Assembly: GCA_014729775.1 (NCBI GenBank)
Contig: WJJJ01000022.1
Span: 13,313 to 77,312 of the forward strand
DNA length: 64,000 nt
DNA from: Candidatus Omnitrophota bacterium
Lineage (GTDB): Bacteria; Omnitrophota; Gorgyraeia; Duberdicusellales; 4484-171
Direction: 5' to 3'
The notes under the pieces were generated by a model that saw nothing but the letters and a program-made list of their open reading frames with translations, ran no database searches and was not told where the DNA came from. Position 1 is the first letter of the stretch, and each line of letters begins with the position of its first letter. Below, one piece after another: positions 49,900 to 61,900 of the stretch. The position numbers and the translations under genes are program-made.

Positions 49900-49930
49900 A
49901 TTTGTCCACCCCCGGGGTGGACAAATGGGG
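49900..49930. repeat. REP-like palindrome upstream of the RAYT gene
   Basis: ATTTGTCCACCCC-C-GGGGTGGACAAAT(GGGG); identical over 31 bp to the reverse complement of the 49186-49216 copy. Confidence 0.9.
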
Positions 49931-49946
49931 GGAAAAGTGAAAGGGT

Positions 49947-52900
49947 TTACGGAGCTTCGGCACAGCCGATGGTCACGGTGATCGTCTGCTCGGTCTTCTC
50001 GGTATTGGGATTAGGCGCGACAAACTGCAGGTAGAGAGCCCGTTCTTCGCCGGCCGGCACGCTTTCGGCATTCGTCGCAAACCCGGCGAAAATCGCGCTG
50101 GTCGCGCTCACTTCCGACGTGGTGGCCACGTCGTCGGAGGCAAAATCAAACTGTCCGGGCACGTCGGACGTACCGCAGAAGATACACTTCATCACGTAAA
50201 TATCATTCCCCGCGGAGCTGCCCGAACTCCATGCCGCCGGATCGGTGAGCTGGGCGGAAAACTGTTCGTTCACATCGCCGTCGTTCTCGATCGTGATCTT
50301 ATCGGCCGAATCCATGGTCACCGTCTCCCCGGCACCGACGATCCCGGGAATATTCCACTCCGCCGGGACCGGATCGGTAATGAGAATACTGATCGTCTTG
50401 GTAATATCCGGCGCGTTGATCGCCTGCGAAGAATCCGTGGGTACGGGATCGGTCCCCAGCGACACCGCGCTGTCGCCGCCCTCAGAGGCGGTAAAATAAT
50501 AGGACAGGTTATCCATGACCCCGGCCGGATCCCAGGCAAAGGTCGTATCGTAATAATAGATCTTGCCGTCGCTATAATCGGTATCACCGGGATCCTCTTC
50601 AAGCATCGCGTATCCGGTCCACGCCCCCAGCCCGTTCTCGTCCAGATGGACCTGAATGCTGTCCGGCGCCTGATCACCGTAATGGGTGTACCTGACCCGG
50701 TAGCTAAAGGTGGTGGTCGTCCCGCCGATTTCCGGATCAAGCCCGTCGCCGGTATAGGCAGCGATATCGCCTACCCACTCCAGCAGAGGAACGCTCAACG
50801 CGTTTAAGTTCTCATCGGCCCCGATATCCGGCGGATCGGCCCGGGCATCGCCGTCAAAATCCGTGGTATACCCGGCAATGGCGTTACCCTGCTGCTGACA
50901 CAGCGAATCATCCTGGATATGGAGATCGGTGGACGAAGTAAACTGGGGATCCCGGGAAATCGAATTTGCATCCTGGCCGGTGCCGCTCACCCAGTCGCTG
51001 AGCTCGGCATAGGAACTGCCGCCCTGTCTGCCGGCCTGCGCGTTGTTCGGCGCGTAAAAATCGTTGTAGTCGGACGTGTAATTGGAATCGGCCGAATAAA
51101 AACAGTAATCCCCAGTGCTATTGGAACTGATGGACATGATATTGTTCTGAAAATCATTCCCGGTCCCCTGGTAATTATAGATACAGTAGTCATTGACGAT
51201 CGATACCGAGTTATAATACACTTCGGCATTCGTATTCCGGTACAGATAAATCCCGTAGCCCCCGTTCATGCCGTAGATCATGTTGTTGTACACTTTGACG
51301 GCGGCACTGTACCGGAAATAAATACCGAACCGGTCACCCTCCAGCGTGTTGTTTCTGATCTCATTGTCATTACAATTGTCGTCAAGATAGATATTCGCGT
51401 AATTCCCGCTGGTCCCGACCCCGGAAATGTAGTTGCCGTCAATCACGTTATTGGTCGCGTAGTTATGCAGGTAGATCCCGTGTTCGGTACAGGAGGTGAT
51501 ATCAAATCCCTGAATGGTGATGAAGTCGGCGCTGTTGAGATCAAACCCGTAGGTGCTGCCGTTGACCGTCACGGTTTCACCTAAAGCCTCCTGGAAGGTA
51601 ATGGTATTGGAGGAACTGGCGCCGTTGACCTCCTCCAGAGATACCTCCTCCACGTAGGTCCCGCTGTAGACGTCAAACGTCACCGCTCCGCCGACCCCCC
51701 GGTTGACCAGGTCACTCACCGCGGCGGTGAACGACACATAATCGCCGCTGCCGTCGGTCTTGATCGTGTATGTCCCCGATAACGGGGCCGGTTTGGGGTT
51801 TAAGTTTTCGTCGGCCCCGATGTCCGGCGGATCAGCCCGGGCATCCCCGTCGTAATCGTCGCTGTAACCGGCCAGGGCGGTCCCGGTATTCTGACAGGGC
51901 GATCCGTCGCCGATATGCAGATCGGTGGTGCTGGTATAGAGCGGATTGGAAGAAAACGAGTTGGCGTCCTGGCCTGTGGCAGTCTGCCAGTCGGACAGCG
52001 TAGACTGCACTCCTCCGTAATAGCCGATGCTTGCGCCGTTGGGCGCGTACATATCGTTGTAGTCGGAGGTGAACGGGTACGAAGCGATATTGCCGTCCTG
52101 GTTATAAAAACAGTAATGCCCGCTGTTGGTGGAATGATTGTACAGAATGTTATTTTGAAAATCGTTATTGGAACCCTGGAATTTCAAAACACAGCGAACC
52201 GCCATATAGATACTGTTGAAATAAAACTCGGTATCGTCACAGCGGTAGATATAGGCGCCGTATCCGGAAGTATCATAAATCATATTATTGTAAACCTTGG
52301 TGCCGTCGGCGTAATACAGGTACACCCCGTAGTAGTCTGCGGCGATCTCGTTGCCGGAAATCTCATTGTCATCACAACTCGTATCGATCCGGATCCCCGC
52401 GTAGTTGCCGCCGCTGCCGACGTTGTAGATATAATTTTCCCGGATCACGTTATTCGTCGCCCCGTCGGTGAGGTACACCCCGTGATCAGTGGTCGAGGTA
52501 ATATCGAACCCTTCTAACCGGATATAATCAGCCCCGTCCAGAAAAAAGGCGTACTGATCCCCGTTTACCAGCACCGTTTCTCCGGCCGCCTCCCGGAAAG
52601 TAATGGTGTTTGCCGCGCTGGCGCCGGCAATCGGGCCGATCTCGACCTCTTCCACGTAGTTAGCCCCGCCGTCGTCGTAGACGTCAAAGGTCACCGCGCC
52701 GTTGACCCCCAGTACTTCCAGATCGTCCACGGCCAGCGCAAACGAGGTATAATCGCCGGTCCCGTCCTGGTTAATCGTATAGCCGCCGCTCATCGGCGGA
52801 GGTACGGGGTTGGTGTTCTCGTCGGCGCCGATATCGGGCGTCGCAGCGCGGGCGTCGCCGTCGAAGTCATCACTGATCCCGGCGGCGGATATCCCCGCGC

Positions 52901-55900
52901 CCTGACAGGGGGAGGCATCGGCAATGTGCAGATCGTCTGCCGCGGTAAAACGCGGGTTCCGGTCGATGGAATTGGCGTCCTGCCCCGTGGCCGCCTGCCA
53001 GTCAGCCAGAGTTTCCTCATCGGATCCGTTATTGTAAGCCACGTGGGCGCCGGAAGGCGTATAGAAATCGTTGTAATCAGAGGTATACGGATAAGAGCCG
53101 ATCGCGCCGTCCATACGCAGACAGTAATCATTGGCGTTGGTTGACACATTGGCAAACACGTTATTCTGAAAATCATTGCCCAAACCGCGGTATTTTCGCA
53201 GACAGTAATCGCCGTCGTGCCGGATACTGTTAAAATAAAACTCGGTGTTGTCACAGCGGTTCAGATAGACACCGTAGTTGCCGGCGTTGTAAATCATGTT
53301 GTTGTAGATTTTATTCCCGTCGGCAAAGTACATGTAGATCCCGTAATAATCACCGTCGATCTCGTTCCCCGCGATTTCATTGTCGTCACAGCTGGTATCG
53401 AGCCGGATCGCCGCGTAGTTGCCGCCGGATCCGGTACTGTAGAAATAGTTGCCTTTGATCACGTTATTGGTCGCGCCGTTGACCAGATACACCGCCTCTT
53501 CGCTGGTCGAGGTGATGGTAAAGCCTTGAAGGGTAATGTAGTCGGCTCCGTCAAAATAAAACGCGTTGGCATCACCGTTGACCAGCACGCTTTCCCCGGC
53601 GGCTTCACGGAAGGTGATGGTATTACTTGAACTTGCTCCGGCGATCTCGCCGATCTCGACCTCTTCCACGTAGTTAGCCCCGCCGTCGTCGTAGACGTCA
53701 AAGATCACCGCTCCGCCGACGCCCAGCAATTCGAGATCCGCCACGGCCAGGGTAAAGGACGTGTAATCCCCGCTGCCGTCCTGATTAATGGTATAGTTTC
53801 CGCTCATCGGCGGGGGAACGGGATTGGTGTTCTCGTCGGCGCCGATATCGGGCGTCGCGGCGCGGGCGTCGCCGTCGAAGTCATCACTGATCCCGCCGGC
53901 AGAAGTCCCCGCGCCCTGACAGGGGGAGGCGTCGGCAATGTGCAGATCGTCTGCCGCGGTAAAGCGCGGGTTCTGCGAAATGGAATTGGCATCCTGCCCC
54001 GTCGCGGTCTGCCAGTCACTCAGAGCCGCCTGGTCGCTTCCGTAATAGCCGATACTGGCGCCGTTGGGCGCGTACATGTCGTTGTAGTCGGCGGTGAACG
54101 GATAGGTCGCGATGTCGCCGTCCTGGACATAAAAACAGTACCGGTTTGACGCGGTATAGGAATTGTACAACACATTATTCTGGAAATCATTACCCGTACC
54201 GCGGTATTTTTGAATACAGCGGCCGTTATCGTTGCTGATCGAATTAAAATAGCAGTCAGTGTTATTGGCCCGGTTCATGTACACGCCGTAGTAATCCACG
54301 CCGTAGATCATGTTGTTGTAAATCGTGGTACCATCGGCGAAATACAGGTACACGCCGTAATAATCACCGTCGATCTCGTTCCCCGCGATTTCATTGTCGT
54401 CACAGCTGGTATCGAGCCGGATCGCCGCGTAGTTGCCGCCGGAACCGATCCCGTAGAGATAATTGTCCTCGATCACGTTATTGCTCGCCCCGCTGGTTAA
54501 ATAAATCCCGTGCTGGGTCGTGGACGTGATGTCAAAGCCCTGTATCGTCACGTAATCGGCACCGTTGAGATAAAAAGCGTAGGTATCACCATTAATTGCC
54601 ACACTTTCCCCCGCCGCCTCCTGAAAAGTGATCGTATTGGCCGCGCTCGCCCCGCTGATTTCACTCAATTCGACTTCTTCCGGGTAAGTCGCGCCGCCGT
54701 CATCATACACGTCAAACACGACCGCACCGCCCACGCCGAGCAGATTCAAATCGCTCACCGCGTCGGAGAAAGAGGTATAATCCCCGGTCCCATCCTGTTT
54801 AATCGTGTAATTACCGCTCATCGGCGGCGGAGGCGGGTTGGTATTCTCGTCGGCGCCGATGTCCGGCGTGGCCGCGCGGGCGTCATCATCGTAGTCATCA
54901 CTCACGCCGCCGGCGGAGGTCCCCGCGCCCTGGCAGGGCGAGGCGTCGGCAATGTGCAGATCAGAGGTAGACGTAAACAGCGGGTTCTGCGAAATGGAAT
55001 TCGCATCCTCCGACGTCGCGGTCTGCCAATCGCCCAGAGTGGATTGTGCGCTTCCGTAGTAGCCGATCGAGGCGCCGTTGGGCGCGTACAGGTCGTTGTA
55101 ATCGGAGCTGAACGAATAGGTCGCTTTATCGCCGTCAGCGTTGTAAAAACAGTAATATCCGGAGTTTGTGGAATTGTTATACAAAATATTATTTTGAAAT
55201 TCATTCCCCGTGCCGCGGTATTTGTACAGAGAACGGCCGATGTCGCTATAGACCGAATTAAAATACACCCCGGTATCGTCGCAGCGGTTCATGTAAATCC
55301 CGTAGTAGTTCACCTCGTAAATCATATTGTTGTACACCTGTGTCCGGTCCGCCAGAAGCAGGTAGAGACCGTAATAGTCCCCTTCGATCGTATTCGCCGA
55401 CACTTCGTTATCGTGACAGCCGGTATCGATCCGGACGCTGGCGTAATTCCCCGAAGTACCGGCATCGTATATATAGGTGTCGCGCAGAATGTTGTTGGTC
55501 GCGCCGTTGGTCATATACACGCCGTGCTCGGTACAACTGGTAATCTCGAAATCTTCAATTATGACGTAGTCAGCCCCGTTAAGATAAAAACCGTACACAT
55601 CGCCGTTCACCAAAACGCTTTCCCCGGCGGCTTCGCGAAAGGTAATGGTATTGGAAGAGCCTGCACCCACGATTTCCGGAATCTCCACCTCTTCGGTATA
55701 AGTACCTCCGCCGTCGTCGTACACGTCGAAGGTCACCGCGCCGCTCACGCCCAGGGCGTCAAGGTTATCGACCGCGAGACTAAACGAGGTATAGTCTCCG
55801 GAACCGTCCTGATTAATCGTGTAACTGCCGCTCATCGGCGGCGGCGGGGCGTTGAGATTTTCATCGGCGCCGATATCGGGCGTCGCCGCGCGCGCGTCGC

Positions 55901-58900
55901 CGTCATAATCGTCGCTGATCCCGCCGGCGGAAATCCCGGCACCCTGGCAGGGGGAAATGTTCTGAATGTGCAGATCGTCGGCGGCGGTAAAGCGCGGGTT
56001 CTTGGACAGCGAATTAGCGTCCTCGGCCGTCGCGGTCTGCCAGTCGGCCAGCGAAGCCTGAGCCCCGCCGTAATAGCCGGCACTGGCCCCGGAGGGCACG
56101 TAAAAATCATTGTAATCGGAGGTGAACGAATAGCTGGCCTTGTCCCCGTCCCCGTTATAAAAACAGTAATGGCCGGAGTTGGTCGAAGTGTTGGAAAGGA
56201 TATTGTTCCGGTAATCGCCGTTTGCCCCCTGGTACTTATAGAGACACCGGCCGCCGTCGTTGTCGATCGAATTAAAGAGAAACTCCATGTCGTCACAGCG
56301 GTAGATGTACACGCCGTAGTACCCGACGTCGTAGATCATGTTGTTATAGATGCTGGTTCCGTCGGCGTAGCGTAAGTAGAGTCCGTACCGGTCGCCGACA
56401 ATTTCGTTTCCGGCAATCGTATTATCGTCACAGTCGGCGTCAACGCGGATCCCGGCATAGTTACCCGAGGTGCCGACCGTATGGATATAATTGTTCTGGA
56501 TCGTATTATTGGTGGCGTAATCATCGAGGTAAATCCCGTGTTCGGTACAACTGGTGATTTCAAACCCGTCGATCGTCACGTAATCGGAATCGGACAGATA
56601 AAACCCGTAAGTGTCTCCATCCACAGTCACATCCTCGCCCGGAAATTCCCGGATAGCGATCGTATTGGATGAGCTCGCTCCCGGGATATCCTCCAAATTG
56701 ACCTGCCCGGAATACATCCCGTCATAGACATCGATCCGCACCCAGCCGGACACGCCTTCGTCATTTAAATCGCTGGCCGCCTGCGTGATCGCGGTGTAAT
56801 TTCCGCCGCCGGCGGCAATGACCGTGTACACTCCGCTCATCGGCGTGGAACCGCCCAGATTTTCGTCGGCGCCGATGTCCGGCGGCGTGCCCCGGGCTTC
56901 CCCGTCGAAATCGGTGGTGAACCCCGCAATCCCGGCTCCTTTGGCCAGACAGGAAGAGCTATTGCTGATATGGAGGTTGGTGGAACTTAAGAAATCGGGA
57001 TCGCTGGAGATCGAATTGGCATCTTCCGACGTCGCCGTCTGCCAGTCGGACAGCGAAGCCTGGGCCCCGCCGTAATACCCGACGCGGGCGTTGGGCGCGT
57101 AAAAATCGTTATAATTTGAGGTAAAGGTATACGTGCTCTTGTCGCCGTCGGCCACAAAGAAACAGTAATAACCGAGGTTATTCCCCACCTGGAAGACGGC
57201 GTTGTTGCGGAATTCGTTGTTGGTCCCTTGATTTTTGTAAATACAGCGGTTGACTTCCTGACGGATCGAATTGTAATAAACCTCGGTATTATCGGCATCA
57301 TCCATGTAGATCGCTGCGTAACTGGCATCGGCAATCATATTGTTATCGATCACCGTGCCGTCGGCGGAATTCAGATAGACCCCGTACCGGTCGGCGGTCA
57401 TCCGGTTGGCGCTGACCGTATTATCGTTACTGGCGGTGTCGATGTACACGCTGGAATAGTTGCCGCCGGTTCCGGTCCCGTAAAGATAGTTGCCGGTAAT
57501 CGTATTGTCGGTCGCGGCATTATCCAGCAAGACGCCGTCCTGCGTGCAGTCAGTCAGCTCAAATCCCTGGATGGTGATATAATCGGCACCGTCTAAATGG
57601 ACCACGTTCTCCTCGCCTTCTGCGTCCACGGTCACGTTCTCTCCGGACGCCTCCTGGATGGTGATCGTATTCGCCGCGCCGGCTCCGGTCACCGCCGAAA
57701 GGTCGATCGTCTCGGCATAGGTACCCGAATACACGTCGATCGTCACCGCGCCGCTCACCCCCAGCGCTTCCAGATCGTTCACTGCCGCGCCGATGGACAG
57801 ATAGTCCCCGCTCCCGTCCTTTTTCACGGTATAGGTGCCGCTCATGGCGTTCCCGGCGCTGGTATTCTCATCGGCACCGATGTCCGGGGTCGCAGCGCGG
57901 GAATCACCGTCGTAATCGCCGCTGATGCCGCCAATCGCGGTCCCCTGTCCCTGACAGGCCGAATTATAGCCGATATGCAGGTCCTGAGGACTGCCGAACT
58001 GCGGGTCGCCGCTGATCGAATTGGCGTCTTCGGCGGTCGCGGTCTGCCAGTCGGCCAGCGCCGCCCGGGCCGACCCGTAATAACCGGCACTGACGCCGTT
58101 GGGAGCATAGAAATCGTTATAATCGGACGTGAACGAGTAGGTCGCCTTGTCGCCGTCCTGATTAAAGAAACAATAGTAATTCGCGTTGGCCGACGTATTC
58201 GATAAGATATTGTTCTGAAAATCGTTGTTGCTCCCCTGGTTCTTGTGGATACAACGGCCGAAGGTATTGGAGATCGAATTGAAATGCACGTCAACGTTCG
58301 ATACCTGATAGAGGTAGACCCCGTAATAATCACTTAAGATCATGTTATTGAGGAGCGTGTTGTTGCCGGAATTGTCGTCGAGCCGGATCGCCGCGTAGTT
58401 GCCTTCGGCTCCGACGTCATGTATATAGTTACCCTCGATCGTGTTGTAGCGGGCGAAATTCGTCAGGTACACCCCGTGCTGGGTGCTCTCATACATTTCA
58501 AATCCGCGAATCGTGACGTAATCGGTATCATCCAGATACCAGATATAGGTACTGCCGTTGGCGTCGATCTCCACGCTCTCGCCGGAGGCCTCCTGAATGA
58601 TGATCGTATTGGCCGCACTCGCTCCCGGGATCTGCTCCATATCGACCTGCCCGGTATAGGTTCCCGAATACACGTCCACCGTCACCGCGCCGTTGACCCC
58701 GTTGCTTTCCAGGTCGCTCACCGCGGCGATAATCGTCAGGTAATCCCCGCTGCCGTCGGTCTTCACCGTGTAGGTCCCGCTCATTGCCGCCGGCGGCGGA
58801 TTCAAATTTTCATCGGCGCCGATGTCCGGAGTGGCCGCCCGGGCGTCCCCGTCGTAATCATCACTGATCCCGCCGGCTGAGATACCCGCCCCCTGGCAGG

Positions 58901-61900
58901 GAGAGACGTCCTCCAAATGCAGGTCACTGTCACTTGCGAAATAGGGATTGGTCGAGATCGAATTGGCATCCTGGGAAGTCGCGGACTGCCAGTCCGAAAG
59001 CGTGTCCCGGACCGAATTGTAATATCCGGCCGAAGCGCCGTAGGGCGCGTAAAAATCATTGTAGTCGGACGTGAAGGGGTAGGTGGCGATGTCGCCATCG
59101 CCGTTATAAAAACAGTAATCTCCGGCATTGGTCGACGTCAATGACAATATGTTGTTTTGGAAATCATTGTCACTGCCGCGGAATTTGTAAATACAGTAAT
59201 CATTATCGATATGGATTGAGTTGAAATAAAATTCTCCTTCGTCACAGCGATTGATGTACAAACCAAAATCCCCGACCCCGGTGATCATGTTGTTGTACAC
59301 GCTCAGATTATCCGAATACTGCATGTACACGCCGAAGCGGTCGCCGTCGATCCGGTTATTGCTTATCTCGTTGTCATGACAGTTGTTGTCCAGATATACC
59401 CCCGCGTACCCTCCGGAATCGCCCACACTGTGAATGTAATTTTCGGTAATGATGTTATTCTGTGCGCCGTTGGTCAGGTATATTCCGTGCTCATCGGCAT
59501 TGGTGATCTCAAACCCGCTCAAAGTCAGATAATCGGTCCCGTCCAAAAAAAACACGTAAATATTCCCCTCGACTACCACGGTCTCCCCGGAGGCCTCCTG
59601 AATGGCGATCGTATTGGCCGCGCTCGCTCCGGGGATCTCGCCGATATCGACCTGGCTCATGTAGGTTCCCGAATACACGTCGATCGTCACCGCACCGCTG
59701 ACTCCCTTGCTTTCCAAGTCGCTTACCGCGGCAACGATCGTCAGGTAATCGCCGCTGCCGTCCTGTTTGACAGTATAGGTCCCGCTCAACGCCGCCGGCG
59801 GAGGATTCGGGTTCTCGTCGGCGCCGATATCCGGGGGATCGGCCCGGGCGTCGCCGTCGTAATCATCAGTGTACCCGGCCAACGCGGTCCCCGCGCCCTG
59901 ACAGGGCGAGGCATCCTGAATATGCAGATCGCTGGATGAGGTAAACTGCGGGTTTTGGGAAATGGAATTGGCGTCCTCAGCCGTCGCCGTCTGCCAATCG
60001 TTCAACGTCACCCGCGCGCTACCGTAATAGCCGATATTGGCCCCGACCGGCGCATACAGGTCATTGTAATCAGAGGTAAATGAGTACGTTGCTTTATCCC
60101 CGTCGGCGTTGTAAAAACAGTAAAAGCCCGAATTGGAAGAATAATTGTACAACACATTGTTCTGGTATTCGCCGTTGGTTCCCTGGTATTTGTACAGACA
60201 GCGGTCGCCGTCGATGTAGACCGAGTTGAAATTGCACTCGATGTCATCGCAGCGATAGATGTAAATCCCGTAATCATAGCAGTCGCTGATCATGTTATTG
60301 TGAATCCTGGAATCATCGGCATAGCGCAGATACACGCCGAAGCGGTCGCCTTCAATCCGGTTGCCTTCAACCTCGTTGAAATCGCAGTTCTCGTCGATCC
60401 GGATTCCGGCATAACCGCCGGTCGTGCCGACGTCGTGGATATAATTGTTGCTGATCACATTATTATTCGCGGCGTTTTCCAAAAAGATCCCGTGCTCATC
60501 AGTACCGGTAATCTCAAACCCCTCGATCACGATATAATCGGCTCCATCCAGATAAAAACCATAAGTATCTCCCTCCACCACTACCGTTTCCCCCGCGCTT
60601 TCCTTAAACGTCACGGTATTGGAGGAACCGGCACCGGTGATTTCAGATATGGCAACCTCGCTCATGTAGGTACCCGAATATACATCGATGATCACCGGGC
60701 CGTTAACGCCGTTGAATTCCAGATCGGACACTGCCGCAACGATCGTCAGGTAATCCCCGCTGCCGTCCTGTTTCACGGTATAGGTGCCGCTCATCGGCAC
60801 CGGCGGCGGATTCAGGTTTTCATCGGCACCGATATCCGGCGGTGTACCGCGCGCGTCCCCTTCGAAATCCGCCGTGTACCCGGCCAGCGCGGTCCCTGAA
60901 TTCTGACAGGGCGAGACATCCTCAATATGCAGATCGTCAACGGCCACGAACTGCGGATTCTGGGAAATGGAATTGGCGTCCTGGCCCGATGCGCCCTGCC
61001 AGTCGGACAGCGTGGCCCGCACACCCCCGTAGTAGGCAACGTTGGCCCCGTTTGGCGCGTAGATATCGTTGTAATCGGAAGTAAACGGGTAGGAGCCCAC
61101 GTCGCCGTCGAACCGCATACAGTAATGGCCCGTGTTCGTCGAGTAGTTATAAAAAATATTGTTTTTTATGTCGTGATTGGACCCCTGGTATTTGCGGAAA
61201 CAGTAATCCTGATCGATCGATACCGAATTATAGTGCACCTCGGCGTCGTCGCCGCGGAACAGGTAAATCCCGTAATTATTCACACCGGTAATGAGGTTAT
61301 TGGCCACCACCGCCCCGTCGGCATAGCGCATATAGATCCCGTTATTGTCACCGTCGATCTCATTGCCCAGGATCGAATTATCATCACAGTTATCATAGAC
61401 ATACACCCCGGACGCGCCGCTGGAAGTCCCGATGTTGTAAATATTGTTGCCTTCAATGGTATTATTATTCGCCCCGTTTTCCAGGAAAACCCCATCCTGG
61501 GTCACGTTGGTCATATCGAACCCTTTGACCGTCAGGTAGTCGGTCCCGTCCAGATGAAACACATACGTATTTCCCTCCACGGTGACGGTCTCGCCGCTCG
61601 CTTCCTGGATAGTGACCGTATTGGCCGCGCTCGCCCCGGGGATCTCTCCAATGTCCACCTGGCTCATATAGGTCCCCGAATAGACATCCACGGTGACCAC
61701 GCCGCTGACCCCTTTGCTCTCCAGATCGCTCACCGCGGCCACGATCGTCAGGTAATCGCCCGAACCGTCGGGCTTCACGGTATAGGTACCGCTCATCGGC
61801 GCGGGAGGCGGATTCAGATTCTCGTCGGCACCGATATCCGGCGGAGTAGCGCGGCTGTCTCCGTCGTAATCGGTGGGATACCCGCCGATTGCCACTCCGG

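Noticed and set aside
49186-49930. CRISPR array or classic IS with terminal inverted repeats
   Set aside because: Only two palindromes, no spacers or cas genes; the enzyme is HUH-type rather than DDE, and no target-site duplication is evident.
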